This document shows, one piece after another, positions 1 to 12,100 of a stretch of 64,000 nucleotides of DNA. This stretch comes from Eledone cirrhosa (Eukaryota). Both the position numbers and the translations under genes were made by a program. Position 1 is the stretch's first letter; each line of letters opens with the position of its first letter. The notes under the pieces were generated by a model that worked only from the letters and a program-made list of their open reading frames with translations, was not told the DNA's origin and ran no database searches. The stretch is taken from positions 100,626,001 through 100,690,000 of the forward strand of contig OZ024742.1 of assembly GCA_964016885.1 (NCBI GenBank). The letters run 5' to 3'.

Positions 1-332
1 TGCTTTCATAAACAGTCAAGATTGTCTGTCTGTCTGTCTACTTAACTGTCTATCTAAACCACGTTTCAGAGCTCAAATCCCACTGGACCCATCTTCTACA
101 CACACCCCACCCCACCCCACCTTTACTTCTGCATTATCATCATCGTCATTATCATCATCATCGCCATTATTATCATCATTGCCATCATTGCCATCGTCAT
201 CATCATCACTACTATCATTATATACTTATCATCATCATCATCATCATCATCATTCATTGTTTTTTCATCTAGTGTATTTAGAAATTCCTAAATCCTCCTT
301 CTATTATTGCAGTCAGAGATGAGCTGCCGTTA

Positions 333-370
<38 letters not shown>

Positions 371-1453
371 TTTACGTCTGCTTTTCCATAGTTGCATGGG
401 CTGGAAAGGTCTTTCTTAGCACAGCATCCCCCTAGTTATTGCGTTCTTTCGTCATCTCCTCTAGGTGCTTCAGCGATTTCAGATCAACTTTAACCCCTTC
501 TGCCCAGGTCTTTCTTGGTCTTCCTCTACTACTTGGTACTTCTTTACCCAACTATTATTATCTCTATGCATAACATGTCTATACCAGTTCAGTCTTCTCT
601 CTTACACGCTATATTTGATTCTTGTTATACCCAGAAAAATGCCTAAGTACTTCTTCCATCCTTTCAGTTAGATGATGACGACAATGATGATGGTATGGAT
701 ATTTATAATAATGATGATGATGATGGTACAGATAATGTTTTATATATTTGCCACGAGTGCAGTGAAGGAAACCATCACGGAAGAGTCCCATCTGGAAGAC
801 CTTTAGTCAGGGATGAGCTGTTAGTAAACAACAAGGAAGAGAATCAACTTGATTCAACTCTCAATATGCGATCACAAGCAGGAAAACCATAAGTCCGGCG
901 TATTAAGAATGGCTTGAGGTTAAACAACAGCAAAGATGGTGGGGGTGATCTTTACATTGGACTGGTGCTGATGCCTCGATAAAATGTACCCAGTACATTC
1001 TGTAACATAGTTGGTATTAAGAAAAGCCATAGGAACGAGGCATGAAAAATGGAACATGTAAGCAAGGCATAGTCTCAGACTCATTTAGTCTCAGATTGAG
1101 ACAACCTGTCCAACCCATGTCAACATGGAAAACGGACGTAAACCAATAATGATGAGGATATTGTAAACAACTTAATCTATCCCACATGACTTACTAACTA
1201 CTCAACGTAGGTCCACGGGCGGGAAAATCATGGTCACCTGATGAGAACAATTATGATTTGGCTGGAAAGACAAATATTTTAGCCAGAGTCTATATATATT
1301 TTTTCGTTGTGACTATCTCTTATTGAATCATCACAGGCGTGTCGCCAGAGGGTGGAGCACTGGAAGGCACTGTCTCCCCTACTTTTCAATAGTGCACTCT
1401 CTGATTTAAAAAGAAAGTTTGTAAAATAATATCCTGAAATACGTTCTTTAAAA

Positions 1454-1745
1454 CAGATATCCTCAACCACCAGTCCGTGGATCACATGCTACCGGGCCGC
1501 AAAGAGATAATTAACTTGTTTAAAATTATATAATAGATAAATTGAATATTGGACTTCAATTTAAGAAAATTTACATGAGAGTCAAAAGATTATACACTTT
1601 TTCTTCCCTTTAATAAACTGCTCCTTTTACTATTGCTCTCTTTATCGAAATGCACTTAAATAACACATATATGCAACTACCGATCCGCGGAGAGATTGTC
1701 CGGCATGAAACCGGTCCGTGGTATAAAGAAGGTTGGAGACCACTG
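1454..1745. mobile_element. Non-autonomous hAT (Charlie-like) MITE
   Basis: Termini CAGATATCCTCAACC...GGTTGGAGACCACTG form a degenerate TIR, with subterminal CCGGTCCGTGG-like motifs. The 8-bp flanks CTTTAAAA (1446-1453) and CTTTAAAG (1746-1753) match 7/8, as expected for a hAT TSD. Confidence 0.75.
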
Positions 1746-2167
1746 CTTTAAAGTCATGATTTTACTCACTTTTCTACCCAAACAAGAACAAAGAACAATT
1801 TTTTTTTAAAAGCAAAGAAGTTATCCAAAGAAGCTGGTTAAAATTTCTGTACGGAATTAGAGTACCCGCCCAAAATGTTCTGTAGTCACCCACACCCTCA
1901 AAATACTAAAGCTTGGAGACGAATCTGAATGACCACTGGCTTGTTTTGAAAAGGATATGGGATTCCTTAACTATTGTACTGTAATATACCACCACTCATT
2001 TTAGGATTCGAACTCATAACCTTATGATTACGAGTCCAACATCCTTACTACGAGGCCACGTGCCTGGCCTGATACTATTGACACGGAAATAATGTAAAAC
2101 AAATTACTACAGAAATTGTAATCCTGGGTCATTGCCACAGCTCTCGGGAGGGTTGGGTGCGGTAGTT

Positions 2168-2208
<41 letters not shown>

Positions 2209-2394
2209 TACTTGTCCCTTTATAGTCTTATTTCAATCATTCCACTGTGTGTGTCTACACATTCTTCCTGTTAGCTGTGTGTGTGTGAGTGAGAGTGAGA
2301 GAGATAGACTGTGTGTGTGTGGAGGAGGTCTAAAACTTAACCTCGGTACTTATGAATGTCACCTCTATTGCACTAAGAACCACTTAAGCAAGAG

Positions 2395-3030
2395 TCATCA
2401 TTATGATCATCATCGTCGTCACTATGATTGGCGCCATTATCACTATCATCATCACCATCATTATGACATCATTGCCACCACCACCGTCATCAACCCCATC
2501 ACTAGTACTATCATCATCATCACCATCGCTATAATTATTATTATAATTCCATCAACACTGACATCATCATCATCTTCCTTACCATCACCAACACCATCAC
2601 CATGGTATCATTGCCACTACTATCATCCTCACCGCCACCACCACCACCACCATCATCCCCACCACTACCACCATCGCCGCCACCATCTTCATCCTCGTCA
2701 TCAATGTGTCTATCGTATGTTAAGATCCACTTCTTATGTTCAGTACCTGGTTCATTACTGCACTTGATATTATCTCTATTGTTACCATCACCATCACCAT
2801 CAACACTACCATCACCACTACCATCACCATCACCATCACCATCACCATCACCACTACCATCACCATCACCACTACCATCACCATCACCATCACCATCACC
2901 ACTACCATCACCACTACCATCACCATCACCATCACCATCACCACCACCACTACTATCACCATCACCATCACCACCACCACTACCATCACCATCACCATCA
3001 CCATCACCACTACCATCTTCGTCATCACTA
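2395..3030. repeat. (CAT/CAC)n and (CACCAT)n low-complexity microsatellite
   Basis: Directly visible. It explains the SPSPSP, GDGDG and TITIT ORFs. Confidence 0.95.
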
Positions 3031-3081
3031 CCCATGAGACCCCACAATATTCATCCTATTCTCCACTGTATTTGCATATAC

Positions 3082-3185
<104 letters not shown>

Positions 3186-3218
3186 AGTGTATATGTATGT
3201 ATATATATATATGTATAT

Positions 3219-3286
<68 letters not shown>

Positions 3287-3290
<4 letters not shown>

Positions 3291-3475
3291 TTAATATAGA
3301 TGAGATTCTACAGGACTAGAACTGTTTCATTCTTTAGAAATCATCAGGAATCTCTGATGATTTCTAAAGAATGAAACAGTTCTAGTACTGTAGAATCTCA
3401 TCTATATTAAAACTCTGCAATGTATTGAGTACCTTACTTACTGTGGTTACCTCCGATTCAACCCGGAATAACGTA

Positions 3476-3478
<3 letters not shown>
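3287..3478. mobile_element. Palindromic double-hammerhead mini-element with a one-sided tail, embedded in (TA)n
   Basis: Inverted arms of 61 bp (3287-3347 and 3354-3414, one mismatch) surround a 6-nt spacer. Each arm reads CTGATGA-TTTC-TAAA-GAAT-GAAA-CAGTTCTA-GT(C/A). A ~64-nt tail follows and (TA)n lies on both sides. Related copies are at 44557-44684 and 46322-46366. Confidence 0.75.
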
Positions 3479-3527
<49 letters not shown>

Positions 3528-3560
3528 TACATATACATATATATACATATATATATATAC

Positions 3561-3605
<45 letters not shown>

Positions 3606-3635
3606 AGATCAAAAGATGGTTAAAAGAGTTCCATG

Positions 3636-3705
3636 TATTTTATTATGCGCATTTCAAAAACAATTATCATCATGCGATGACATTTCGTTTTCGTCAGATA
3701 AAATA
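3636..3705 (-). ncRNA. Type I hammerhead ribozyme motif in the 3' pseudo-LTR
   Basis: The minus strand reads UAUUUUAU-CUGACGA-[stem II including UGUCAUC/GAUGAUA]-GAAA-UGCGCA-UA^AUAAAAUA, with an 8-bp stem I, an intact core and a palindromic stem III. Confidence 0.85.
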
Positions 3706-4026
3706 GGGAGACGTGATATGAAAGTTAAAAAACACTTGTGAATAGTGCAGTTTTAAATCAACATATGAAAAGTAGTTTTAGATTGATGTGTGATATTTGG
3801 AAAAAAAATTGAGGGGGGGGGTGAAAGAGAGGAGGAGATGAGAGTAAAGAATGGAGGGGGAAGAGTATAATAAGGAAGGATGAGATAGGAGGAGAGATGG
3901 GTGATATAGAGAGAGAGATAGCTTTTATAACTGAGAAAAATATATTGTTTTACAGAGAGAGGTTAAAAAACCGTTGGAAGATAATATATAAATTAAAAGA
4001 ATTTGAAAATTAACGAAGAGAAAAAT

Positions 4027-4186
4027 TTAAGAATAATGTTAAATTAAGGTTTGTATATTGAAGGGTTTAATAATATGTGCGATGAAAAGAAATTGTTAAT
4101 ATGTATTAAGAATAATATTAAGTTAAGGTTTGAATATTGAAGGGTTTAATAATATGTGCGATGGAAAGAAATTGTTGATATGTATT
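4027..4186. repeat. Tandem duplication of ~79 bp in the Penelope 3' UTR
   Basis: TTAAGGTTTG(T/A)ATATTGAAGGGTTTAATAATATGTGCGATG(A/G)AAAGAAATTGTT occurs twice in succession. Confidence 0.85.
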
Positions 4187-4714
4187 ATTAAAAATATATA
4201 AAAATAGTAATGTAATTAAGGATATATTGTGAAAAGAAGTAGAAGAGTGGATGAATATGTGTAATATGTAGAAGTTAGACGAGCATGAAAGGGAGAAAAA
4301 ATAATGAATTGAGGATGAATAATCTAACGTCAAAAAAAAATGTTTATGTTTACGAAGGATTTTTCAAGGTGGTACTATAAAGTATTTAAAAGGGTAATAT
4401 TAAATGTTATGGCCAGTGATAGGGTGGAAGAAGGAAGAGTGGATATATTGTGGTGAGTAATAATGAAAATTGAGAAGTATCTAGGAAGAAAAGGTACAGA
4501 TTAGAGGTTAGAAATTAAAAGAAAAAAGGAAAAAAGGAAGAAAGGGAAGTGATAAATAGGAGTGATATAGAATGAGTAACTAGTATTATATAATGTATAA
4601 TAAATAACATTGAAATAAGGTAGAAAGATGGGTATATTTTTAAAAGAAATATATATGTATATATATATGTGTGCCTTTGAGAAAAAGGATTTTAAATTGG
4701 TAAAGTATTAGATA

Positions 4715-6350
4715 TTAGCTGTATACTTTATGGAATGTTCTGTAGAATTTATGCAAGCAGAGAGAAAACAAGTCAGTGCGTCTATTTATTATAGAATCTA
4801 AATTAGATATAATGGTAAATTTCTCACATAAACAGAGATTACATGTCTTGGATAGAGAAGCATTCAAGTATGGAGAAGCAGAACAAACCTTCCTCCAAGA
4901 GATGTTATAGTTAATATTTTTGACTTTCAAGGACCATATGAGTTCTGAGAGTGCCGTGTTGGTTCTTTTAAGTTGGTATTTAAAAGACGAATGATGATTA
5001 TAAAGACGAGCTTTAAAGGAGGTGGAAGTGGAGCCAAAATAAGTAAAGGAATTGGTGTCAGTTATAAATTTACATTCATAGATTAAGTTTTTTTCAAGAC
5101 AATGGTTGTTGAGAGGACATTTGTTTTTAACAGGGCAATTACAATTGCGATTAGAGAAATTAACAGAGTTATTAACAAGTGACCTAGTGTTATCTATAGA
5201 AGGAATTGGATTGGAGAAGTTATTTACGATAGGAATAATAGTTTCTTGATTTAGATTGGGATTAAGAACATTTAACGAAGTTGCGTTTGACGTATTTGTG
5301 TTTGCAGAAATTAGCCTAGAGTTAACAATGACGTCGAGAGTACTATTACTATTATTATGATATTCAGTGTTGGAAGGAAGAGATTTAGTATTTAGTATTT
5401 TATTGTTGTGTTTAGAGATAATGTTGGAGATGTTGGAGGAGGTCGAATAGGAAAATGTTATAGTGTGTTTGTTAAATATTTTACTATAGATATGTGAGGG
5501 AGGGAAGCATTTATTTAAGGCACTAAAGAATAATTTAGGAATATTATCGGTAGAAGGTAGGATGCCATGCTTTGACGCATAGAGTTACGGCCCTTGCTAT
5601 TCTGAGTTCAAATCCCGCCGAGGTTAACTTTGCCTTTCATCCTTACGGGGTCGATAAAATAAAGTACCAGTAATGTACTGGGTATTTGCTGGCCTTGTGC
5701 CAAAAGTAGAAACAATTATTATTAATAGAGATGGAGAAAGGAGCATTATACCAGATTATGTTTTTGTATCTAGGTCTTTTATTAAAGTTATTGGAATGAT
5801 CATGATTAATTATTCTACTGTAAGATCTTCTAGAATTTGTTTTTTTACTATATTTGATTTTATCAGGATAACCGGCTTTAGAAAGCGCGTTATTATAGTA
5901 ATTGGCGTTAGCATCAAAGATGTTTTTATTAGATGATAGGTTGGATATTCTTTTTCCAATATTACTAACTATAGCATTCTTAATATTAGTGGGGTGGTTA
6001 GATTTAAAATTAACATAATTTAGATTCTCATTGTTTTTATGGTAAGGGTAATATAGGCCAGTGTCAAGATTAAGAGATACATCCAAGAAATTAGCTAGTT
6101 TGATGTTATCAAATTCAATTTTTAAGTTATGTTGGTTAAAGAGATTACGTATATTGTTTTTAATAATATTAAATACGGTAATAAAAGAGTTAAGACTACT
6201 GTAATAATATTAAGGTTAACTATGTTGCAATTTAAGATAGTAAAGAGTCCATCATCACGATAAATTCCACCGCGAAGATGAGGAAATTTCCGATTCAAAG
6301 AGTTCAAAATAAAGATACCAATTAAATCTGTCAATTGGGATGAATCGGAT
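4715..6350 (-). pseudogene. Penelope-like RT (motifs 4-7, thumb), linker and GIY-YIG endonuclease, disrupted by two insertions
   Basis: Translation gives DSSQLTDLIG...GGIYRDDGL...NFLDVSLNLDTGLYYPYHK...SNHP...IIWYNAPFS...KIFNKHTITFSYS...CNCPVKNKCPLNNHC...LIYECK...YFGST...FKARLYNH...CNLCLCEK...INRRTDLFSLCLHK. By hand, 5548-4715 is one open frame that the ORF track truncates for lack of a start codon. It is interrupted by a SINE (~5545-5720) and a 41-nt insertion (6172-6212). Confidence 0.9.
5545..5722 (+). mobile_element. 5'-truncated (ATT)n-tailed SINE inserted in the Penelope ORF
   Basis: It has a B-box-like GAGTTCAAATCCC, the body GCCTTTCATCCTTACGGGGTCGATAAAATAAAGTACCAG and the end GGCCTTGTGCCAAAAGTAGAAAC-ATTATT. 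It is near-identical to copies at 51680-51868 (-) and 63600-63795 (+). Confidence 0.88.
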
Positions 6351-6371
6351 AACCTTCATATCATGTCTCCC

Positions 6372-6442
6372 TATTTTATCTGACGAAAACGCAAATGTCA
6401 TCGCATGATGATATTTGTTTTTGAAATGCGCATAATAAAATA
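6372..6442 (+). ncRNA. Type I hammerhead ribozyme motif in the inverted pseudo-LTR
   Basis: Stem I is 6372-6379/6435-6442, CTGACGA is 6380-6386, stem II is CAAATGTCATC-gcat-GATGATATTTG, GAAA is 6423-6426 and palindromic TGCGCA is 6427-6432. Cleavage is predicted after A6434. Confidence 0.88.
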
Positions 6443-6563
6443 CATGGAACTCTTTTAACCATTTTTTGATCTTATATATTATTTATACTCCAGTCCTACA
6501 AACTGTAGAGTGCTACTTATCCGATATCTGCATTGCTTTATTGTAATACAATAAAACTCACCT

Positions 6564-6705
<142 letters not shown>

Positions 6706-7072
6706 TATTTCACCTTCTGTTGAGTTGCAGGTCAAGAGGCAGTCTAGTAGATGTGTCACCTTCTTTAACTTTAAAGATTCTCATCTCATTAGTCCCTCAA
6801 TTTATTCAAGTATCTGTGAGACAATGGTACTGATCACATAGTCAGGGATCTCTTTTGTTTTATTTTGTGTGGTGTGGGATGGGCCTTTTCGAGAGGCATT
6901 TTTTTTTTGGGGGGGGGGGGGTTATAATTTGGAATTGGTTTTTTTTTTTAAGTTTTAAAATCATTCTTTTTTTATGGAAGAAATAGAATAAAAACCGAAG
7001 TAAATGAGAGAGAAAATGAAATAAGAGAAGATTGAATGTTGAGGAAGAAGAAATGAGATGTTTTAATATAAC

Positions 7073-7127
<55 letters not shown>

Positions 7128-8905
7128 GAACATGTGGCCGTTCCGACGACAAGTGTTCCAGTCGTGTGAACAATAGAAGAAGTACCTGCTCATAAAATTA
7201 ACGTGCAAGTGCCTGAGCATTCCATAGACACATGTGCCCTTAATTTCGTTCTCAAGGATATTCAAGTATCAGTAATACAATGACTCTGACAATATATTCA
7301 GTGATTTGTCTTTTGTTTTATTTCCTAGCAAGTGATGTGAGCCTTTTAGAGATGTGGTGAGGGTGTTTGTTTCATTTAGGGAAGGGGTTATCTTGCAATG
7401 ATTTTAAAACTTTTTAATCCAGTCTTTTCCGACATTTCTGATGCGTTTTAATATTGGTTTCTTATTTAGGCACAAGGCTAACAATTTGGGGGGAGGGGAA
7501 AATCGATTAAATTCGACCCCAGTGCATTACAGGTGCTTTATTTTATCGACCCTGTAAGGATGAAAGACAACGTTAACTCCGATTGTTTATCGTTATCTGA
7601 AACCTTTGCTCCATAATTCTATGCAAGAACCTTTATTATGCTCCAAACACCACTTTAGTAATGAGAAAGTCATATTTTGAAATCTATTCATTTTTTTTTA
7701 ATGAATTGAAAATCTTAGTCAATATTTCATTAGAAATACGGTAATAAAAGAGTTAAGACTACTGTAAAGATTGATGAAACTGAAACATATGTTTTATATC
7801 AATAAGGATCAATAAGGGTGAAGAGAACTCTTTAGTCGCACCAGGGACATGACAATCTCTCTAGTGCTAGTGCCACGATAAAATACACCCAGGACACTCT
7901 GAAAAGTGTTTGGCATTAGGAAGGTCATCCGGCCATTAGAAACCATGACAAAATAGAATGTATTTGTACATGATGTGATCACTTGTCTAAAACTCATCCA
8001 AACCCATACCAGCATAGATAAATAAACGTAAAATGATCATGATGATCGGGATGATGATATACCAAATACAGCATAAAATTATAAATTCAGTAGTCTAAAT
8101 TCTATTTGTCTGTGTATCAGTTGTAGAATAGGCACATCCCTAAATGTCATAAGAAGCAACTAAAAGGGTTGGTGTCAGGAAGGGCATCTGGCTGTACAAT
8201 ATTGCTTCTGCCCAATCTAAACCAGCATGACAACGTCATCGAAAAAACGTTGATGATGATGATGATGATAGACATGCTGGAGAATAAATCTAGAATAGTT
8301 TATATTTAATTTCAGAGAGTCTTGTTGCCAATCAAAACACACACACAAACTGATTTAGTTTCACACTAGGAATAAAGTTGAAGTGAAGACAGAGGGCAAG
8401 GGGGTATCGATAAGGTCATAGATTATGATGAAAGGACTTTGACAAATAACTAATTAGTTGTTTAGCCAAATGATTGATGGACTTAATTACCTTATTAATA
8501 ATTCTTTCTAACATTGAAACAAGGCCAGGAATTTGTAGGAAAAGGCAAAGTCAATTATATCAACTAACTCCAGTGCCTGACCGATACTTTATTTTACCGA
8601 CCTTGGAAGAAGGAAAGACTAAGTTGACTGTGACATAGAAAGTAAAGGCCCAGAATAAATACTGTTGCTAAGCATTTATCCAATGTTTTAACGACTCTGT
8701 CATTCCACTGCCCTGATTACCTGATTAATAATAATAAAACTATATTGAAACACAACTGTATAACAATACAATAAGTATAACAATATCTGTTTCAAAACAT
8801 GATTTCATTAAAATCTTGCAAAACTAAGTATATTCATCAGGGACCACAGAGCTGTGTTTAGATGGAGGTGACAGTAGTGACGCTCATTTTTAAAAAAGCA
8901 TACTT

Positions 8906-8994
<89 letters not shown>

Positions 8995-9480
8995 GACGGA
9001 CACTATAGGTGTTAAAATACCGAAATTTCTTTTTTTTTACATTATACCTCATCATTATTCTTTTTTAATAGAAAGAAGTTTGCAGGGGCTATAACACTCG
9101 TAGTCTCCATAGCTTTCACAGTGCCAGTTTACATGTTTGAAAATATTTATAGTTACTAAGGAATGAAATTTGAGAAGAATTCTTCAAGTTCTTGATAGAA
9201 ACAGACAAAATGAGATTATTATCATTTCTCAGACTCTGTTTAAGTTTGACATTCTACTGCGAGAGAAAATAATAACCCATAGCTACATAGAAAATGCAGC
9301 TTAGCTTACAAGTGGCTATATTAAGTTCGCAATCATTTTACACCAAACATAGCATGAAAAGAAAAAAATTCAGTGTAGCAAAATATATTTATAAGTTTAG
9401 AAAACATGTAGTCTTGCTGAGCAATGAAACTAGAAAGGTATATATAATAATATAACTTCATCTACCATTCTCTCTCGTTG

Positions 9481-9481
<1 letters not shown>

Positions 9482-9534
<53 letters not shown>

Positions 9535-9670
9535 GTATGTATATATCATATCACAAGTTCCTGCCAAAATAAATAAGGGATAGACTGTTTCAGGTTCTTT
9601 CCTGGGTTGTTTTAAGCATTTACGTATATTGATAGAAAATATGTGTAGAAATATAATATAGCAAATCATA

Positions 9671-9739
<69 letters not shown>

Positions 9740-9752
9740 TACATATATATAC

Positions 9753-9799
<47 letters not shown>

Positions 9800-9812
9800 T
9801 ATACATATATAC

Positions 9813-9857
<45 letters not shown>

Positions 9858-9916
9858 TATACATATATACATATATATACATATATATATATATATACAT
9901 ATATATACATATATAC

Positions 9917-9989
<73 letters not shown>

Positions 9990-10032
9990 TATACATATAT
10001 ATATATATACATATATATACATATATATATAC

Positions 10033-10119
<87 letters not shown>

Positions 10120-10122
10120 TAT

Positions 10123-10196
<74 letters not shown>
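9482..10196. repeat. Compound (TA)n/(TACA) microsatellite, representative of similar tracts at ~3075-3286, 6566-6706, 11710-12170, 14800-15420, 20850-21650, 26770-27257, 31560-32280, 48506-48878 and 56630-57016
   Basis: Directly visible. These tracts are the source of the YIYIYI ORFs. Confidence 0.98.
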
Positions 10197-10199
<3 letters not shown>

Positions 10200-11732
10200 A
10201 TCCTGCTTTGATGTCCTGCTGGTGATGGATAAATTCAAGAACCATGTACCATGGATTATAAAGATCCATTTGTGTTATTCTTCAATTGAAGCATTGCAGA
10301 CTTTTGAAATGTAGAGATGGAGGAAAATAATATTTCTATGATTTTATCATTTATATTCAAACAGCTCGTTGGGATATTTCTTTAACCAAAACACTACTTC
10401 TTTTTTTTTCAACTCATTATCATTATTATTATTTGCCAATCTTCAAAGCCACCCAGTCCAATTACTAGCTTAAATCACTGGGTGGTCCCTAGTATGAGAT
10501 GAATTGTGACATTATTATTGTACATACTTCAATTTATATATATATATATATATTAATTTACTTTCATTTCCTGGGCTACAATTTTCTGCCTAGATGTTTG
10601 TCTATCTCCAGCCCTGACTAGTTTTCTATTATATATATCTGTCTGCCCTGTCTGTCTCGATGTCCATTATACTCATTTATTCATCTATCTATCTTCCTAT
10701 CACCATATCATATTATCTACCTGTTTATCTAATGTGTTTGAGACAGTGCAAATAAGTAAACATCCACACCATTCTATGGTGGTAAGGAAGTGAAACCTTA
10801 TTATTATTTATTTGTGATTTTAGGGTTGGATTGGCCATTCTGAGGTCAACTCTGCCTTTCAACCTTCTGAGGTAAATAATATAAAGTACAAGTCACGTAC
10901 TGGATTTCATTTAATCGACTTTCCCATCCCCGAAAATTAGTGGCTTTGAGCCTAAAGTAAGGCTGACAAAACTGAAGCCTATTGTCCCCACAGGGACTAC
11001 AGACACATCAAATTATATTTACTGCTGCTCTGTTACCTGTGCCCTTCGGTTCCAATTGAAGGGGGCCTGAAATATCTGAAAGTCTAGGAGCTCATCCATG
11101 GATTAATATGAGCTGGAAAATACCATAGTCGTAATTCTATAAAGTGGTTGACAATAGGAATGACATCCAATTGTAGAAACCATGTCAAGCCCCCTTGCTT
11201 ACCCTTCTGGAAGTTATGTAAATGAGCCACACCTCTCCCATTTGTGTGGACAGTAGTTCTTATTAAGTACTGGTTTAGTCATTAACAATGCATCCAACCC
11301 ATCCTTCCATGTTGGATGGCCCATTAAAAGAGAATGATGATGATGATGATGATGATGATGATAGCTAACCCAAACCACACAGGAACAAAATAAGAGAGAT
11401 GACAGAAGGCATAAAAAGGTTTTGCTTTTAACAGACATCTTGCTTTTATAAATCAAGTGTCCCAGCCCTACTCTCACACATCCCTGGCACCACCCTAAAC
11501 ATTGTAACTACCCAACACAACCCCAGGTTCCCCCAAAATGTTCCTCTCTAGATATTGTTTCTCCACATGACCTTTCTGTCTCCATGTGACCTTTTACTTG
11601 TTTCAAGTGGATCAACTATAGATTTTATATATTTTTCTTTTTCTGTTGCATTTTAGGTTAAGGCTACATCATAGGTGCCAAATATAAAGTTAATCCCAGA
11701 TGTATTGTTTATATATATATATATATATACAC

Positions 11733-11817
<85 letters not shown>

Positions 11818-11897
11818 ATGATTATGTTGTATATAAATATACATATACACACACACACATACTTATATGTATATGAATGTATGTGTGTGTGTGTGTG

Positions 11898-11973
<76 letters not shown>

Positions 11974-12013
11974 TATATAATATACATAGATAGACACATA
12001 TATATGTGTATAA

Positions 12014-12064
<51 letters not shown>

Positions 12065-12067
12065 CAC

Positions 12068-12100
<33 letters not shown>

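Noticed and set aside
1226-1285. CTGATGA...GAAA near a small hairpin
   Set aside because: There is no credible stem II, stem III or stem I geometry for a hammerhead.
9481-10269. Long ORFs of [10 protein letters not shown] or CVCV type here and throughout the track
   Set aside because: They are stop-free translations of (TA)n and (CA)n microsatellites with no coding signal.
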